Source: Gemmatimonadota bacterium (GTDB lineage Bacteria; Gemmatimonadota; Gemmatimonadetes; Longimicrobiales; Gaopeijiaceae). Taken from it: a stretch of 64,000 bases of DNA. The position numbers and the translations under genes were made by a program. The DNA lies in contig JBDHHQ010000002.1 of the NCBI GenBank assembly GCA_039589315.1, forward strand, positions 1-64,000, read 5' to 3'. The notes under the pieces were generated by a model, which made no database searches, was not told the origin of the DNA, and saw nothing but the letters and a program-made list of their open reading frames with translations. Positions 1 through 9,081 of this stretch are shown in pieces (position 1 is the stretch's first letter; every line of letters starts with the position of its first letter).

Positions 1-615
1 GACTGCGACCTGTTGCACCGTCACCGGGACATTGGCGCTGTTGACCGAGCCGGTCGTGGCGCGTACCGAGGCGGTGCCATTCCCCTCTGCGGTGACCTCA
101 CCATTCTGCGACACCGATGCGACGCCGGGATCGGTAGTAACCCAGTTGAACGTCGTTCCCGCGACGAGGGCGCCCCCTTGATCGGCAGCGGAGGCTGTCA
201 GGACTCGCGTTTCGCCCAGCGCTGAGAACGAGAGGCTGGGTGGGTCCACGGTGACCTGGGAGACCTGCTGATCGACCGTTACGCTGACGGGGGAGCTCGT
301 CAGGCCCCCAGCGGAAGCGGTGATCGAGGCCGAGCCGGCGCTCCGCGCCGTTACGAGCCCGCTCGACGAGACCTCGGCGACCGTTGGGGCTGAAGACGAC
401 CAGGCTACGGCGATCTGCGGATTGCCTCCCGACGCATCGGTCAGCGTGGCGCGCAGAGTGCCGGTGTCCCCCAGGAAGGTCAGCGTCAGACTTGTCGGGC
501 TGACGGTGATGCTGGTCAAAGGTGGTGGTCCTTGGTCATCACCCCCGCATGACATCAGCAGGGCGGTCGCCAGAATCGCAGGAACCCGGAGAGTTGGCGT
601 GAGGAGAGGTCGCAT
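1..615 (-). CDS. Ig-like (Big_2-type) domain lipoprotein, 3' end outside the window
   Basis: Manual translation from ATG 615 gives MRPLLTPTLRVPAILATALLMSCGGDDQGPPPLTSITVSPTSLTL...VAWSSSAPTVAEVSSSGLVTA. It has a lipobox-like Cys and repeated Big_2 motifs, and is open to the window edge. Confidence 0.8.
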   Translation of the reverse strand, partial: MRPLLTPTLRVPAILATALLMSCGGDDQGPPPLTSITVSPTSLTLTFLGDTGTLRATLTDASGGNPQIAVAWSSSAPTVAEVSSSGLVTARSAGSASITASAGGLTSSPVSVTVDQQVSQVTVDPPSLSFSALGETRVLTASAADQGGALVAGTTFNWVTTDPGVASVSQNGEVTAEGNGTASVRATTGSVNSANVPVTVQQVAV

Positions 616-623
616 GGGTTGTC

Positions 624-2087
624 TCAGCCGAGGCGGGACCACGGCCCCTGGAGGGGGCGAGCCGGCGAAGCGATCGACTGGAACCGCGCCAGCCGTACGG
701 TGTCGCCCTGACCTACCGCTGCCAACACCATGGGACCCGCGTCGAGGATCGGCTCCACGAGCTCATCGACGATCCGGCCTTCCGTGCACGGTGTCAACTC
801 CGGCCCGCCCGGCCCCTGCCAACTGTACATGGGCAAGCCGGACACCTCCTGATGCTGCCCGGGTCGCATTCGCCAACCGGAAGCCGCGAACGACCCGCCG
901 AGCAAGACGGTCACGGCCAGACTGCCGTTGCCCCAGAGGAAGTGCTCGTGTACGGGGGGCGAGCCCATCTCCTCGAGCTCAATGTAGTCGCACGGGTCGC
1001 TATCGGCACCGTAGGGCCCGCGCAGCAGGACCCGCGGCAGCACCAGGCCCACCGCTCGGGCCTCGGCCGAGTGCCGGAACGCCCACCAGCTCTCTTCCTG
1101 CCAGACGGCCAGGTCGCGTGGTTCGGGTGGGCTGCTGAACGCATCGAGCCCCAGCAGGTCGGGCCGCGCGCCTGCCAGCAGCGCCGCGCCCCGTTCAGCC
1201 GCTACGCCCGCGAGCGTCCGGAGCAGGGTGAGGTCCTCCTGTGTAGCGCCGAACGCGTGGTCGACCATGAGCACGGAGAAGGTCCCGTCCAGCGCGCCAG
1301 AGAGATCCTCCGCCGCACCGTCGGCCGAGAGCTCCCCAGTCGTCGCGTCGAGCAGCAGCAGCTTGAGGGAGGGACCCGTCTCCAGTCGCCGAACCAGGAA
1401 GAAGACGCTCCGCCAGAGCGCCTCCAGGGCCTGGAAGCGCGGGTGATGCAGGATAGAGCGCATGCCGCGCACACCCGATCGGTCCAGGTCGGCCAGCATG
1501 GCCTCCCGCCGCGGATCCTCTCCCGGTACGGCGTGCGGCGCGACGATCCGTTTCAGGAAAGCCCGCATCGAGTCGTCTCGAGTCTCTCCGTCGATCACGC
1601 GATCGAGGACCGAGCCAGCTCCGGACAGCGTGTCGGCGATCACCTCACCGGCATCGACGTTCGGCTCATGACTTGGCGCACCGACCGGACCGCCGAGAAT
1701 GGACGCGAGCGTGCCCTGGAAGGTCTCGGCGCTCGCCAGGCGAGAACGGGCCTCGCGCAGCGCGCGAAAGAAGGGGGCACGTTGGAAGATCTGATCCGGG
1801 TGGAAGTGCTCCAACTCGGAGAAGGACAGCTCCACCTCGGTGTCGTCACCGATGTCGAGCGACAGCCGGGGTGCGAAGCGCGCCAGCACCTCGTCCAGGT
1901 CGTCCCGATCCACGGACATGGGTCGACGGGTGGCAAGCGGTCCGCCGTCAGCAGATGCGCCCCCGCGGCCATGGAAATCGCCGATCAGGCAGATGCGGAA
2001 CGGGTCGTCGGGAAGCGGCGCCACGGGAGAGCGGCGGCGGCCAGGCGAGACATCGAGGTTGACGCTATAGCGCGGTGGATCGGGCAT
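624..2087 (-). CDS. Type VI secretion sheath-like protein, TssB(VipA)-TssC(VipB) fusion
   Basis: N-terminal PFRICLIGDF...VDRDDLDEVLARFAPRL...LSFSELEHFHPD is TssB-like. ILHHPRFQALEALWRSVFFLV, W..FRHS.EAR.VGLVLPRVLLRGPYG and FLWGNG are TssC-like. Confidence 0.8.
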   Translation of the reverse strand: MPDPPRYSVNLDVSPGRRRSPVAPLPDDPFRICLIGDFHGRGGASADGGPLATRRPMSVDRDDLDEVLARFAPRLSLDIGDDTEVELSFSELEHFHPDQIFQRAPFFRALREARSRLASAETFQGTLASILGGPVGAPSHEPNVDAGEVIADTLSGAGSVLDRVIDGETRDDSMRAFLKRIVAPHAVPGEDPRREAMLADLDRSGVRGMRSILHHPRFQALEALWRSVFFLVRRLETGPSLKLLLLDATTGELSADGAAEDLSGALDGTFSVLMVDHAFGATQEDLTLLRTLAGVAAERGAALLAGARPDLLGLDAFSSPPEPRDLAVWQEESWWAFRHSAEARAVGLVLPRVLLRGPYGADSDPCDYIELEEMGSPPVHEHFLWGNGSLAVTVLLGGSFAASGWRMRPGQHQEVSGLPMYSWQGPGGPELTPCTEGRIVDELVEPILDAGPMVLAAVGQGDTVRLARFQSIASPARPLQGPWSRLG

Positions 2088-2246
2088 CGAACAGGTCTCT
2101 GCTGCTTGGGTCGATGGACCAGGGCGGATGGGATTTCAAGCGCCCTTCGGGCAACCGGCGGATAGACGCCTGTCCGGACCGCCGAGCCCGCTCGGCGTAG
2201 GCCCGGGGGCCTACGCCGGCCAGCCGGCGCTCGGTCCGATGCCGCA

Positions 2247-3122
2247 CTAGCGGTGCCGGTCGAGCATCGCCTGGAACGCCGGCTCGTCGCGGATTCCCTC
2301 CCACGTGTACCGCGTCTCCAGGCTGTGGACGGAGACCAGGCTCGGCATCCCGAGGAGCGCCTCCAGGTGCTCGACGGCCGCGTCCACGTCTCCCAGCTCG
2401 GCGTACGCTTGAGCCCAGCGGCGCCGCACCCCGGGAGAAGCCCCCGCGCCGACCTCCATGGCCGTAGCTTCGGCGAGGGCTCGCCGTGCGTCGTCGGGTC
2501 GGCCCGCTCGGGCCAGGTTGCGGGCGTACTGCCCCTGCCAATTCGCTCGGGCGTTGGGGTTCTGGATCTGCGGCGGATCGGCATCCCACTGCGCTACCAG
2601 CTTACCCCAATACTCCTGGGACTCCTCCAGCCGGCCGGCGACGCGGTGCATCCACGCCTTCTGCGCGTAGCACTCGCAGCGGTAGGCCGGGTCGGCCGCA
2701 TCGGGTGAGAAACGCTCGATCATCTCGTCGAACTCGCCACCGACGAGCAGGCTCGGGTAGCCGTTCACCCAGTTGCCCATCTCCAGAGGCGTCAGTCGGA
2801 ACACCCGCCGGGCCTCGCGGAAGGTCCGCTGCATGCCGTTGATGCCGCCACCAGACTCCACCTGAAAGAGGAGCGCGTTGGCGATCAGTCCATTGCGAGC
2901 CTGCAGGACGGCACCGGCAGCTTCGTCGAGGAGCTCCTCTGCCTGATCGAAGTCCCGGAGTAGCCGGGCAGCAGCCACGCCTCGTAGGAGAGTGTTGACG
3001 GACGCGTCCTCGCGGTAAGCGGCTTCGACTCGCGATCGCAGCTCGTCTTCCGCGACCTGTGCCGTCAGACCAAGGGGGACGAGGAGCGAGAGAGCGGCGC
3101 CGAGCAGCGCGTAGGAGCGCAT
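2247..3122 (-). CDS. Secreted TPR-like helical repeat protein
   Basis: Probable start MRSYALLGAALSLLVPLGLTAQ (signal peptide), TPR-like helices, C-terminal WEGIRDEPAFQAML. Confidence 0.65.
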   Translation of the reverse strand: MRSYALLGAALSLLVPLGLTAQVAEDELRSRVEAAYREDASVNTLLRGVAAARLLRDFDQAEELLDEAAGAVLQARNGLIANALLFQVESGGGINGMQRTFREARRVFRLTPLEMGNWVNGYPSLLVGGEFDEMIERFSPDAADPAYRCECYAQKAWMHRVAGRLEESQEYWGKLVAQWDADPPQIQNPNARANWQGQYARNLARAGRPDDARRALAEATAMEVGAGASPGVRRRWAQAYAELGDVDAAVEHLEALLGMPSLVSVHSLETRYTWEGIRDEPAFQAMLDRHR

Positions 3123-3482
3123 GGCAGCCTCCGGGAAAAAGGGGCCGGGTGTGACGCCGAAGGACCAAGACCGGAATGGTCGTCCCGCCGACGCAATCAC
3201 TATGTCACGAGCGTGGTCCGGGCTGCAACGGTCTCCTGGGAGCTGTCCCAGGGCCACTCCCACCGATCGCTCGGTAGATGCCGGTCCTGGCTCGCCGCGC
3301 CGGCGGGGCTCCGATACCGACGGACTCCGCCGGGACGCTCAACCCGCCTGGGTCCACCACGAATCCGAAACGAAGCGTTCCACCCCGCGCTTCACGGCTC
3401 GCCAGCGGCGTTGCCGCTCCGCAGCGGAGTTGGAACGGATCTTTCCATCGGCCTGTGACGCAGTATGGCTCGCTCTCTACCA

Positions 3483-3495
3483 TAAGTCGTTGTCA
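3483..3495. promoter_or_regulatory. Possible IHF-binding site
   Basis: TAAGTCGTTGTCA resembles YAANNNNTTGATW and lies just upstream of a sigma54-type promoter. Confidence 0.35.
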
Positions 3496-3526
3496 ATATG
3501 CGCTATGCGTCCCCTGCGCCTCCAGG

Positions 3527-3542
3527 TTGGTACCTGCGTTGC
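3527..3542 (+). promoter_or_regulatory. sigma54 (-24/-12) promoter
   Basis: TTGGTACCTGCGTTGC has exact GG-N10-GC spacing, is close to TGGCAC-N5-TTGC, and lies about 85 nt before the ATG at 3626. Confidence 0.55.
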
Positions 3543-3625
3543 CTCTGGGTCTGCACGAATGCACCAGCACTCATAGCCAGGGGCACGGTGTTGGACCTCG
3601 CCCTCGATAGCGGAGTTGACGTCTC

Positions 3626-4687
3626 ATGAGCATCGCATTCCCGATGGCTGACCAGCCACCCGAGCAGTCCCGTCTGCTTATGGAAGCCCGGGTGCTGCTG
3701 GAGCAGGGCAACGAGGACGCCCACCGCGGCGAGCCCGCGGTAGCCATCGCCCGGTACGAAGAAGGGCTGAGCCTGCTCGCCGGACAGCAATGCCCCCTGG
3801 TGGCCGACCTGCTGTGCCGCCTCGGCGTGGTCCGCACCCGCCTCGGCCACACCGAGAAGGGCGAGGAGCTGTTCGACCAGAGCCTGGAGACGGCGACCTC
3901 GTGCGGCTACCTCGAGGGTCAAGCGTATGCGGTCAGAAGCCTGGCCGTGGTCGCTCAGCGCCGTGGCGAGCTCGACGTGGCGGAATGGCAGTACCGCCGG
4001 GCCGCACGGCTGGCCACGCAGGCGGGACACTACCGGCTCTGCGGCATGGTCGAGCAGAATCTGGGCACGCTGGCCAACATCCGGGGCAACCTGGACGGCG
4101 CGCTCGTGCATTACAGGAAGAGCCTGAGCGCCTTCGAGCGGGCGAGCGACGCCGAAGGCGTCTGCTGGGTCCTGAACGACCTGGGCATGCTCGAGACCGA
4201 CCTGCGCCGGTACGACGACGCCCAGGCCACACTGGACCGAGCGCTCGAGCTGGCCCGGCAGCGGAAGGACGTGGTCATGACGGGGCAACTCGAGCTGAAC
4301 CGGGGTGAGGCGCTGATCGGTGCCGAGAGCTGGCGGAAGGCGCGACGAGCCTGCGAGCGCGCCATGGCCATCGCCGACGAGCGGGGCGATCGCCTGCTCC
4401 GGGCAGAGGCGCTCAAGCTGCTCGCCGTCATCCACCGCGAGGCGAGCCTGCTGGAAGCGGCCGACGAGGCCCTGGTCGAGGCCCATCTGCTGGCGCAGCA
4501 GAGCCACGACCGCTTGCTGGCCGCAGAGATCGTCACCGAGCAGGGCGAGATCCACCTGCGCTCCGGTCGGCCGTCCGAGGCGTACGAGCTCTGGACCCTG
4601 GCTCTGGCCGAGTTCCAGGAGCTCGACGCCGTCATCGACGCGGCCCAGCTGCGCAAGAAGCTCCAGACGGTCGAGGCGGGCGCATGA
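3626..4687 (+). CDS. Tetratricopeptide repeat protein
   Basis: Multiple TPR motifs (NLGTLANIRGNLDGALVHYRKSL, NDLGMLETDLRRYDDA); no output domain visible. Confidence 0.85.
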   Translation: MSIAFPMADQPPEQSRLLMEARVLLEQGNEDAHRGEPAVAIARYEEGLSLLAGQQCPLVADLLCRLGVVRTRLGHTEKGEELFDQSLETATSCGYLEGQAYAVRSLAVVAQRRGELDVAEWQYRRAARLATQAGHYRLCGMVEQNLGTLANIRGNLDGALVHYRKSLSAFERASDAEGVCWVLNDLGMLETDLRRYDDAQATLDRALELARQRKDVVMTGQLELNRGEALIGAESWRKARRACERAMAIADERGDRLLRAEALKLLAVIHREASLLEAADEALVEAHLLAQQSHDRLLAAEIVTEQGEIHLRSGRPSEAYELWTLALAEFQELDAVIDAAQLRKKLQTVEAGA

Positions 4688-4771
4688 CGGCCCGGCTGGA
4701 CCGCACGAACTGCTGCTGCCAGCGGGGCCGCGGGCCGAACAGCCGGCAAGAAAGCTGGGGCGTGTCAGCGT

Positions 4772-5767
4772 CTAGGGATCGACCGCACCGGCTCTTTCGG
4801 TCGGCCTGGCCCACGGCCCGAAGAACGGGAAACGGAAACCCAGACTGACGCGGTGGCCATCGAACACCCGGTCCAGATCGTTCGAGTCCCGGACCTGGTA
4901 CCGATATTCGAGGACCACCTCTTCTCCCCGGGGAAACCGGTGTCGGAGCTCGGCTTCGGGTATCCATCGGGTGTCCCGGGTGGGTAGCTCCTCCTCTCCG
5001 ATCTGCACCGTTCGCTCGGGAAAGAAGCGTTCGCTTCTCCGGACTTCCAACGTCGCGCGGGTCCGACGTCCCAGCTTGGCCTCGAGCTCCGTGGAGTAGA
5101 TGCGGCGCTCGTACCGGCGAGAGGGCTTCTCCGAGTCACTCTCCTCGTAGCGGTACCCCACACGCCACGTCACTGCGGACCCGAAAGCCCATCCCACGTC
5201 ACCGCCCCCACCCCTGATCCACTCGTCTCGCACGGCTGCTTCATCAAAGCGCTTGGTCCAATACCGGCCGTCCAAACGAAGCTCCAAGGGCCCGCCTTCG
5301 ACGCTGATCCGCGGCTGGACCACGTAGACGTTCCCCAGCTCCCGATCCTCCGTGGCGACTCGAAAATAGGCGCCTCCGGAGGCCTCCAGGCCGACGGGCC
5401 CGAGCTCCTTCTTCAGCACCGACTCCAGGTGGTGGGTTTGTCGGTTCCACCGGTCCGTCGCGTCGAACCAGCGTAGGTCCATTTCGTACTCGAATCGCAG
5501 AAGCGGTTTCCGTGCACTCGTCTTGAGCCGGAAGCGGAAGCCGCCCCGGGCACCCAGGCTCTCCAGGTCCGTTTCGTCGTGATCCACGTTGCTGTCGTAG
5601 ATTCCCGCCACCCCCCCGTCGATCCACAGCAGCGAGCTGTTGAGATCCCAGGAAAACGACCGGGCGGGATCCAGACGTTGGCCCAGCGCTGCTCCAGGCG
5701 TCGCCCACAGCACAGCGATCAAGCTCGCGCCGGCGAAGAGGGAGCGCAGAATCCTGAGGCCCGACAC
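4772..5767 (-). CDS. Putative outer-membrane beta-barrel protein
   Basis: Signal peptide, YDSNV motif, amphipathic beta-strands, near-terminal VSLGFRF; last gene of the glycosyltransferase operon. Confidence 0.65.
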   Translation of the reverse strand: MSGLRILRSLFAGASLIAVLWATPGAALGQRLDPARSFSWDLNSSLLWIDGGVAGIYDSNVDHDETDLESLGARGGFRFRLKTSARKPLLRFEYEMDLRWFDATDRWNRQTHHLESVLKKELGPVGLEASGGAYFRVATEDRELGNVYVVQPRISVEGGPLELRLDGRYWTKRFDEAAVRDEWIRGGGGDVGWAFGSAVTWRVGYRYEESDSEKPSRRYERRIYSTELEAKLGRRTRATLEVRRSERFFPERTVQIGEEELPTRDTRWIPEAELRHRFPRGEEVVLEYRYQVRDSNDLDRVFDGHRVSLGFRFPFFGPWARPTERAGAVDP

Positions 5768-5770
5768 GGG

Positions 5771-6718
5771 TTACGTCCCGCGGTCCACGTACATCATGAG
5801 CCACTTGTACGGTTGGTCCCGTACCACGACGGGGGACCCGAGGGGGGCCAACAGCGAGCGAAGGCGCTTTTCGTCGAACTGACGCAGGTGGTTGGGGTGG
5901 GGGATGCAGTTCTCGTTGGGTACGCTCACGACCAGTCGTCCGCCGGAGGCGACCAGGCTCCAAGCCTTGTCCAGGATCGCCTGACCCGGGGCGTCGGTGA
6001 CGTGCTCCAGCACCTCGGCCAGGACCACGGTGTCATACGCCTCCGCCGGGAGGTCGACGGTGAGGATATCGGCCAGGATGAACGTCAACTCGGGGAAGCT
6101 CGCCCGGGCACGCTGGACCTTGCGGCTGCTGATGTCGACACCGGTGACCTCGGAGCCTCGCTCCGCGATGGCATGGGCCAGGTCGCCCGCACCACATCCG
6201 AGCTCTACGACACGGCCTCGGCAGAGGTCCGCGGTAGCTGCGAACCGATCCAGCAACGTCTGGTTGTGCTCGCCGTTCTTGCGTCCTTCCTCCAGCTTGC
6301 GCACGCTCATGGTCACCCAGCGGTACGGTTGATCCTGCACGAGCTCCGGCTTACCCAGAGGCTCGAGCAGCCGCTTGAGCTTTCTCCGGTCCAGGGGCCG
6401 GCCCTCCCGCGGGGACGAGGCGCCGTTGGGAGCCACCACGACCAGGCGACCACCCACCCGGACTTCTCTCCACGCACTCGTCAGGAATTGCTTGGCGGCG
6501 TCCTCGCTCAGGTGCTCCACCGCGTCGGCCAGGAGGACCGTGTCGAAGCACTCTCGACTGGCAAACTGGCGGGAGTGCCTCTCGAGCTCGACGCCGTGGC
6601 CCACGACCGCCGCGGCCAGGGCGTCCACGTCGCGGCCCAGCACCGCCGAGCGACCATGGCAGTGGCGCGCGACGGACCGAGCGAGACGGTGGATCGGGCC
6701 CCCCGAGGTGCCGGTCAT
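5771..6718 (-). CDS. Class I SAM-dependent methyltransferase with internal duplication
   Basis: VVELGCGAG motif and EVLEHV in the C-terminal half; the N-terminal half is a degenerate copy. ATG 6718 overlaps the upstream stop (ATGA). Confidence 0.8.
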   Translation of the reverse strand: MTGTSGGPIHRLARSVARHCHGRSAVLGRDVDALAAAVVGHGVELERHSRQFASRECFDTVLLADAVEHLSEDAAKQFLTSAWREVRVGGRLVVVAPNGASSPREGRPLDRRKLKRLLEPLGKPELVQDQPYRWVTMSVRKLEEGRKNGEHNQTLLDRFAATADLCRGRVVELGCGAGDLAHAIAERGSEVTGVDISSRKVQRARASFPELTFILADILTVDLPAEAYDTVVLAEVLEHVTDAPGQAILDKAWSLVASGGRLVVSVPNENCIPHPNHLRQFDEKRLRSLLAPLGSPVVVRDQPYKWLMMYVDRGT

Positions 6719-9081
6719 GAGGGCACCTCGTAGGCGATGGAGCTCAGCGGCAAGTTGCCCGACGCGTACCCGAGGAGCGGCCGCAACTCCGACTCGGTCT
6801 CGTGACTCCGTTCCTGGGAACTGAGGATGCGGAGCGCAGCCAGCGCCTCGAAGGGAGCCAGACCTTCCGGCCCGGGGCCATCGTCCGGCGTCCGTTCCGC
6901 GTAGGCCCATCGCACGGCTTCCACGACGGCCTCCATCTGGCCCGCCCATCCTTTCTGAAGGCCCATGCGGGTGAGCCTCACCGACACGTCGGCCAGGTCG
7001 AGCCAAGGGTGTCCGGCCGCGACGTCCTCGACCCGCCGGAGTCCGATCCGGTCGCCGTCCACGACCAGGTGCCGGGGATGGACGATCCGGATGGTGGGGC
7101 CGGACAACCGTAGCACCGCCGACAACATCCGCCCAACCGCCGAGAGCAGCTCCTCGGCGCGGTCCCCGAGCTCGCTACCGGCCCAGCGCGCCGCGAGCCC
7201 CCGTTCGATCCGGACGAGCTCGTCGGCCAGGCTCCGCCGCTGTTCCAGCTCGACGCCCGATGCGTGGAAGCAGGCCAGCGCTTCCCCGATCCGCGGGGCC
7301 ACCGCCAGCAGCGCGGACGGATCCTCGATGCCGGAGACTGCAACGCCGCTGGGCACGTCCCACACCACCAGCGCGAGGTTGCGCAGGTGGCCGATGGGGC
7401 GGGGCAGTACCGGAGCAGCCGGGTCCGCTGCGATGGCGTCCCGCACCCTGCTCAACCGTTCCAGGAAGCCCTTGCCGCCTCGCTTCCTGTGGAATGCCTC
7501 GACGTCACCGCTCCAGGGCTCGTCGCCCTCGTATCCGTCGAGCAGGTAGTGGAAGCGGTCGTCTCCAGAGCCTACCGAGCGGCGCTTCGGCCTGCAGCGC
7601 GTAAGATCCGCCCCATACGCGTCACGGACCAGGGGATGCAGGGCAGCTCTCATGTACGTGGGATCGTCGGCCCACGGCAGGGCGGGCAGGGTGGGCTGGA
7701 CCTGGTCGGAGGCTGCCCTCGAGCCGCCTCCCACCATCGACCGAGTCCTTGACGCCTCCAGGGCCCGTTCGGCCTCATCCAACAGGAGCTCCACCTCCTC
7801 GGGCCATCCTTGCCGCTGGATCCGAAAGGACGAGCCAGCGGCCGTGAGGAGCGCCACCGCCTCGAACAAGCGAGCGCGTCCAGCGTCGGCCAGCTCGCCG
7901 GCCCGGGCCATGTACTCGCTGAGGAAGCTCTCGCCAGCATCGTTCAGGGCGGTGACGTCCCCGAAGGCCCGGCGCGCCGGCACACGCAGCGACGCCAGGA
8001 AACGGCCGACGTCCAGCATGGGATCGCCGAACGCCATCTCGTCCAGGTCGATGATGGTGACCCGCTCGCCATCGACGAGCACGTTGCTGTGGTGGAAGTC
8101 GGCGTGCACGGTGGCCGACATCTTCATGCGGGCCTCCACCTGCGCCAGCAGCTCGGTGCGGAGCGCATCCACCCTGGGTGTCAGGTCGGCTCGGATGGTC
8201 CGGAGGATGCCTGCCCACCGTTCGACGCCTCGGACCTCTTCGGTGAGCTTCCTCCGTCCGCCCAGGGGCACCTGCAGCCCGTGGAAGTGGGCCAATGCCC
8301 GAGCGGTGCGCCGGACCGCGTTGCGGAAGCCCGGCTGATCGACGAGGCCACCCAGGCGCTCCCCGGGGACCCGCTCCTGGAGGGTCAGCCCGGCCGGGCC
8401 GATGAATCCTACCGGCGCTGCCAACCCGACCCGACCTCCGGCGGCCTGCCACACGGCCCAGTTGTCGGCGAAGAGCCGCGCGGCCGGCTTGTTCGAGTGC
8501 ATCTTGCCGATGAGGCGCCGAACCAGGGGCTCTCCGGAGCGCCTCCACTCGGCCAACACCTCGTAGTCGAAGGCCGCGCGGGCGTGAGGCGTGTACCCCA
8601 TGGACCGAACACGAACCGATTTGACGCGCAGGCGGCGATGGCCCCACAGCCGATCGAGCTCTCTGCGCATGGCGTCCTCCGACGACGCCTGCAGCAGCCC
8701 CGGTAGGGCGGCATCCAGCGGATAGGGGAAGAGGGTCATCTGCAGGGCGGGCAGTTCCATGACCGGACGGGGGATCCAGCCGTCCTCCCGCTCGTATCCC
8801 TCGAGCAGCGCCGGCCCCGGCACCTCGGAGGCGTCGCCGGGCCTTGCCAGCCGGGCCGAGAGTAGACGTCGGTGAGCACGCCCGTCCGTCCCTCGCAGCT
8901 TGGCCCGATACAGGATCCACGACGGCTTGTCGGACCGGAGGCGGATGTCCATGGCGATCAGGGTCTCGAGGGCGTCGTGCGCGCCCGCTTCCCGGAGGGC
9001 CGTCTGAATCACGCCGTGCATTTCGTCCAGGTCCAGCGCCACCGGGAGCCCCGGGGGGGCCGACCCATTCAAGCCGCTCAC
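6715..9081 (-). CDS. APH/choline-kinase-like phosphotransferase, two domains
   Basis: VHADFHHSNVLV...IIDLDEMAFGDPMLD catalytic motifs in domain 1; a second degenerate domain follows. Confidence 0.85.
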   Translation of the reverse strand: MSGLNGSAPPGLPVALDLDEMHGVIQTALREAGAHDALETLIAMDIRLRSDKPSWILYRAKLRGTDGRAHRRLLSARLARPGDASEVPGPALLEGYEREDGWIPRPVMELPALQMTLFPYPLDAALPGLLQASSEDAMRRELDRLWGHRRLRVKSVRVRSMGYTPHARAAFDYEVLAEWRRSGEPLVRRLIGKMHSNKPAARLFADNWAVWQAAGGRVGLAAPVGFIGPAGLTLQERVPGERLGGLVDQPGFRNAVRRTARALAHFHGLQVPLGGRRKLTEEVRGVERWAGILRTIRADLTPRVDALRTELLAQVEARMKMSATVHADFHHSNVLVDGERVTIIDLDEMAFGDPMLDVGRFLASLRVPARRAFGDVTALNDAGESFLSEYMARAGELADAGRARLFEAVALLTAAGSSFRIQRQGWPEEVELLLDEAERALEASRTRSMVGGGSRAASDQVQPTLPALPWADDPTYMRAALHPLVRDAYGADLTRCRPKRRSVGSGDDRFHYLLDGYEGDEPWSGDVEAFHRKRGGKGFLERLSRVRDAIAADPAAPVLPRPIGHLRNLALVVWDVPSGVAVSGIEDPSALLAVAPRIGEALACFHASGVELEQRRSLADELVRIERGLAARWAGSELGDRAEELLSAVGRMLSAVLRLSGPTIRIVHPRHLVVDGDRIGLRRVEDVAAGHPWLDLADVSVRLTRMGLQKGWAGQMEAVVEAVRWAYAERTPDDGPGPEGLAPFEALAALRILSSQERSHETESELRPLLGYASGNLPLSSIAYEVPS

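Noticed and set aside
4684..4848. ORF starting at the ATGA overlap after the TPR gene (MTARLDRTNCCC...)
   Set aside because: Short, runs into the convergent gene, and shows no coding-like composition.
6715..9081. Aminoglycoside resistance gene
   Set aside because: APH fold only; the 788-aa two-domain protein is embedded in a glycosyltransferase operon, which points to biosynthesis.
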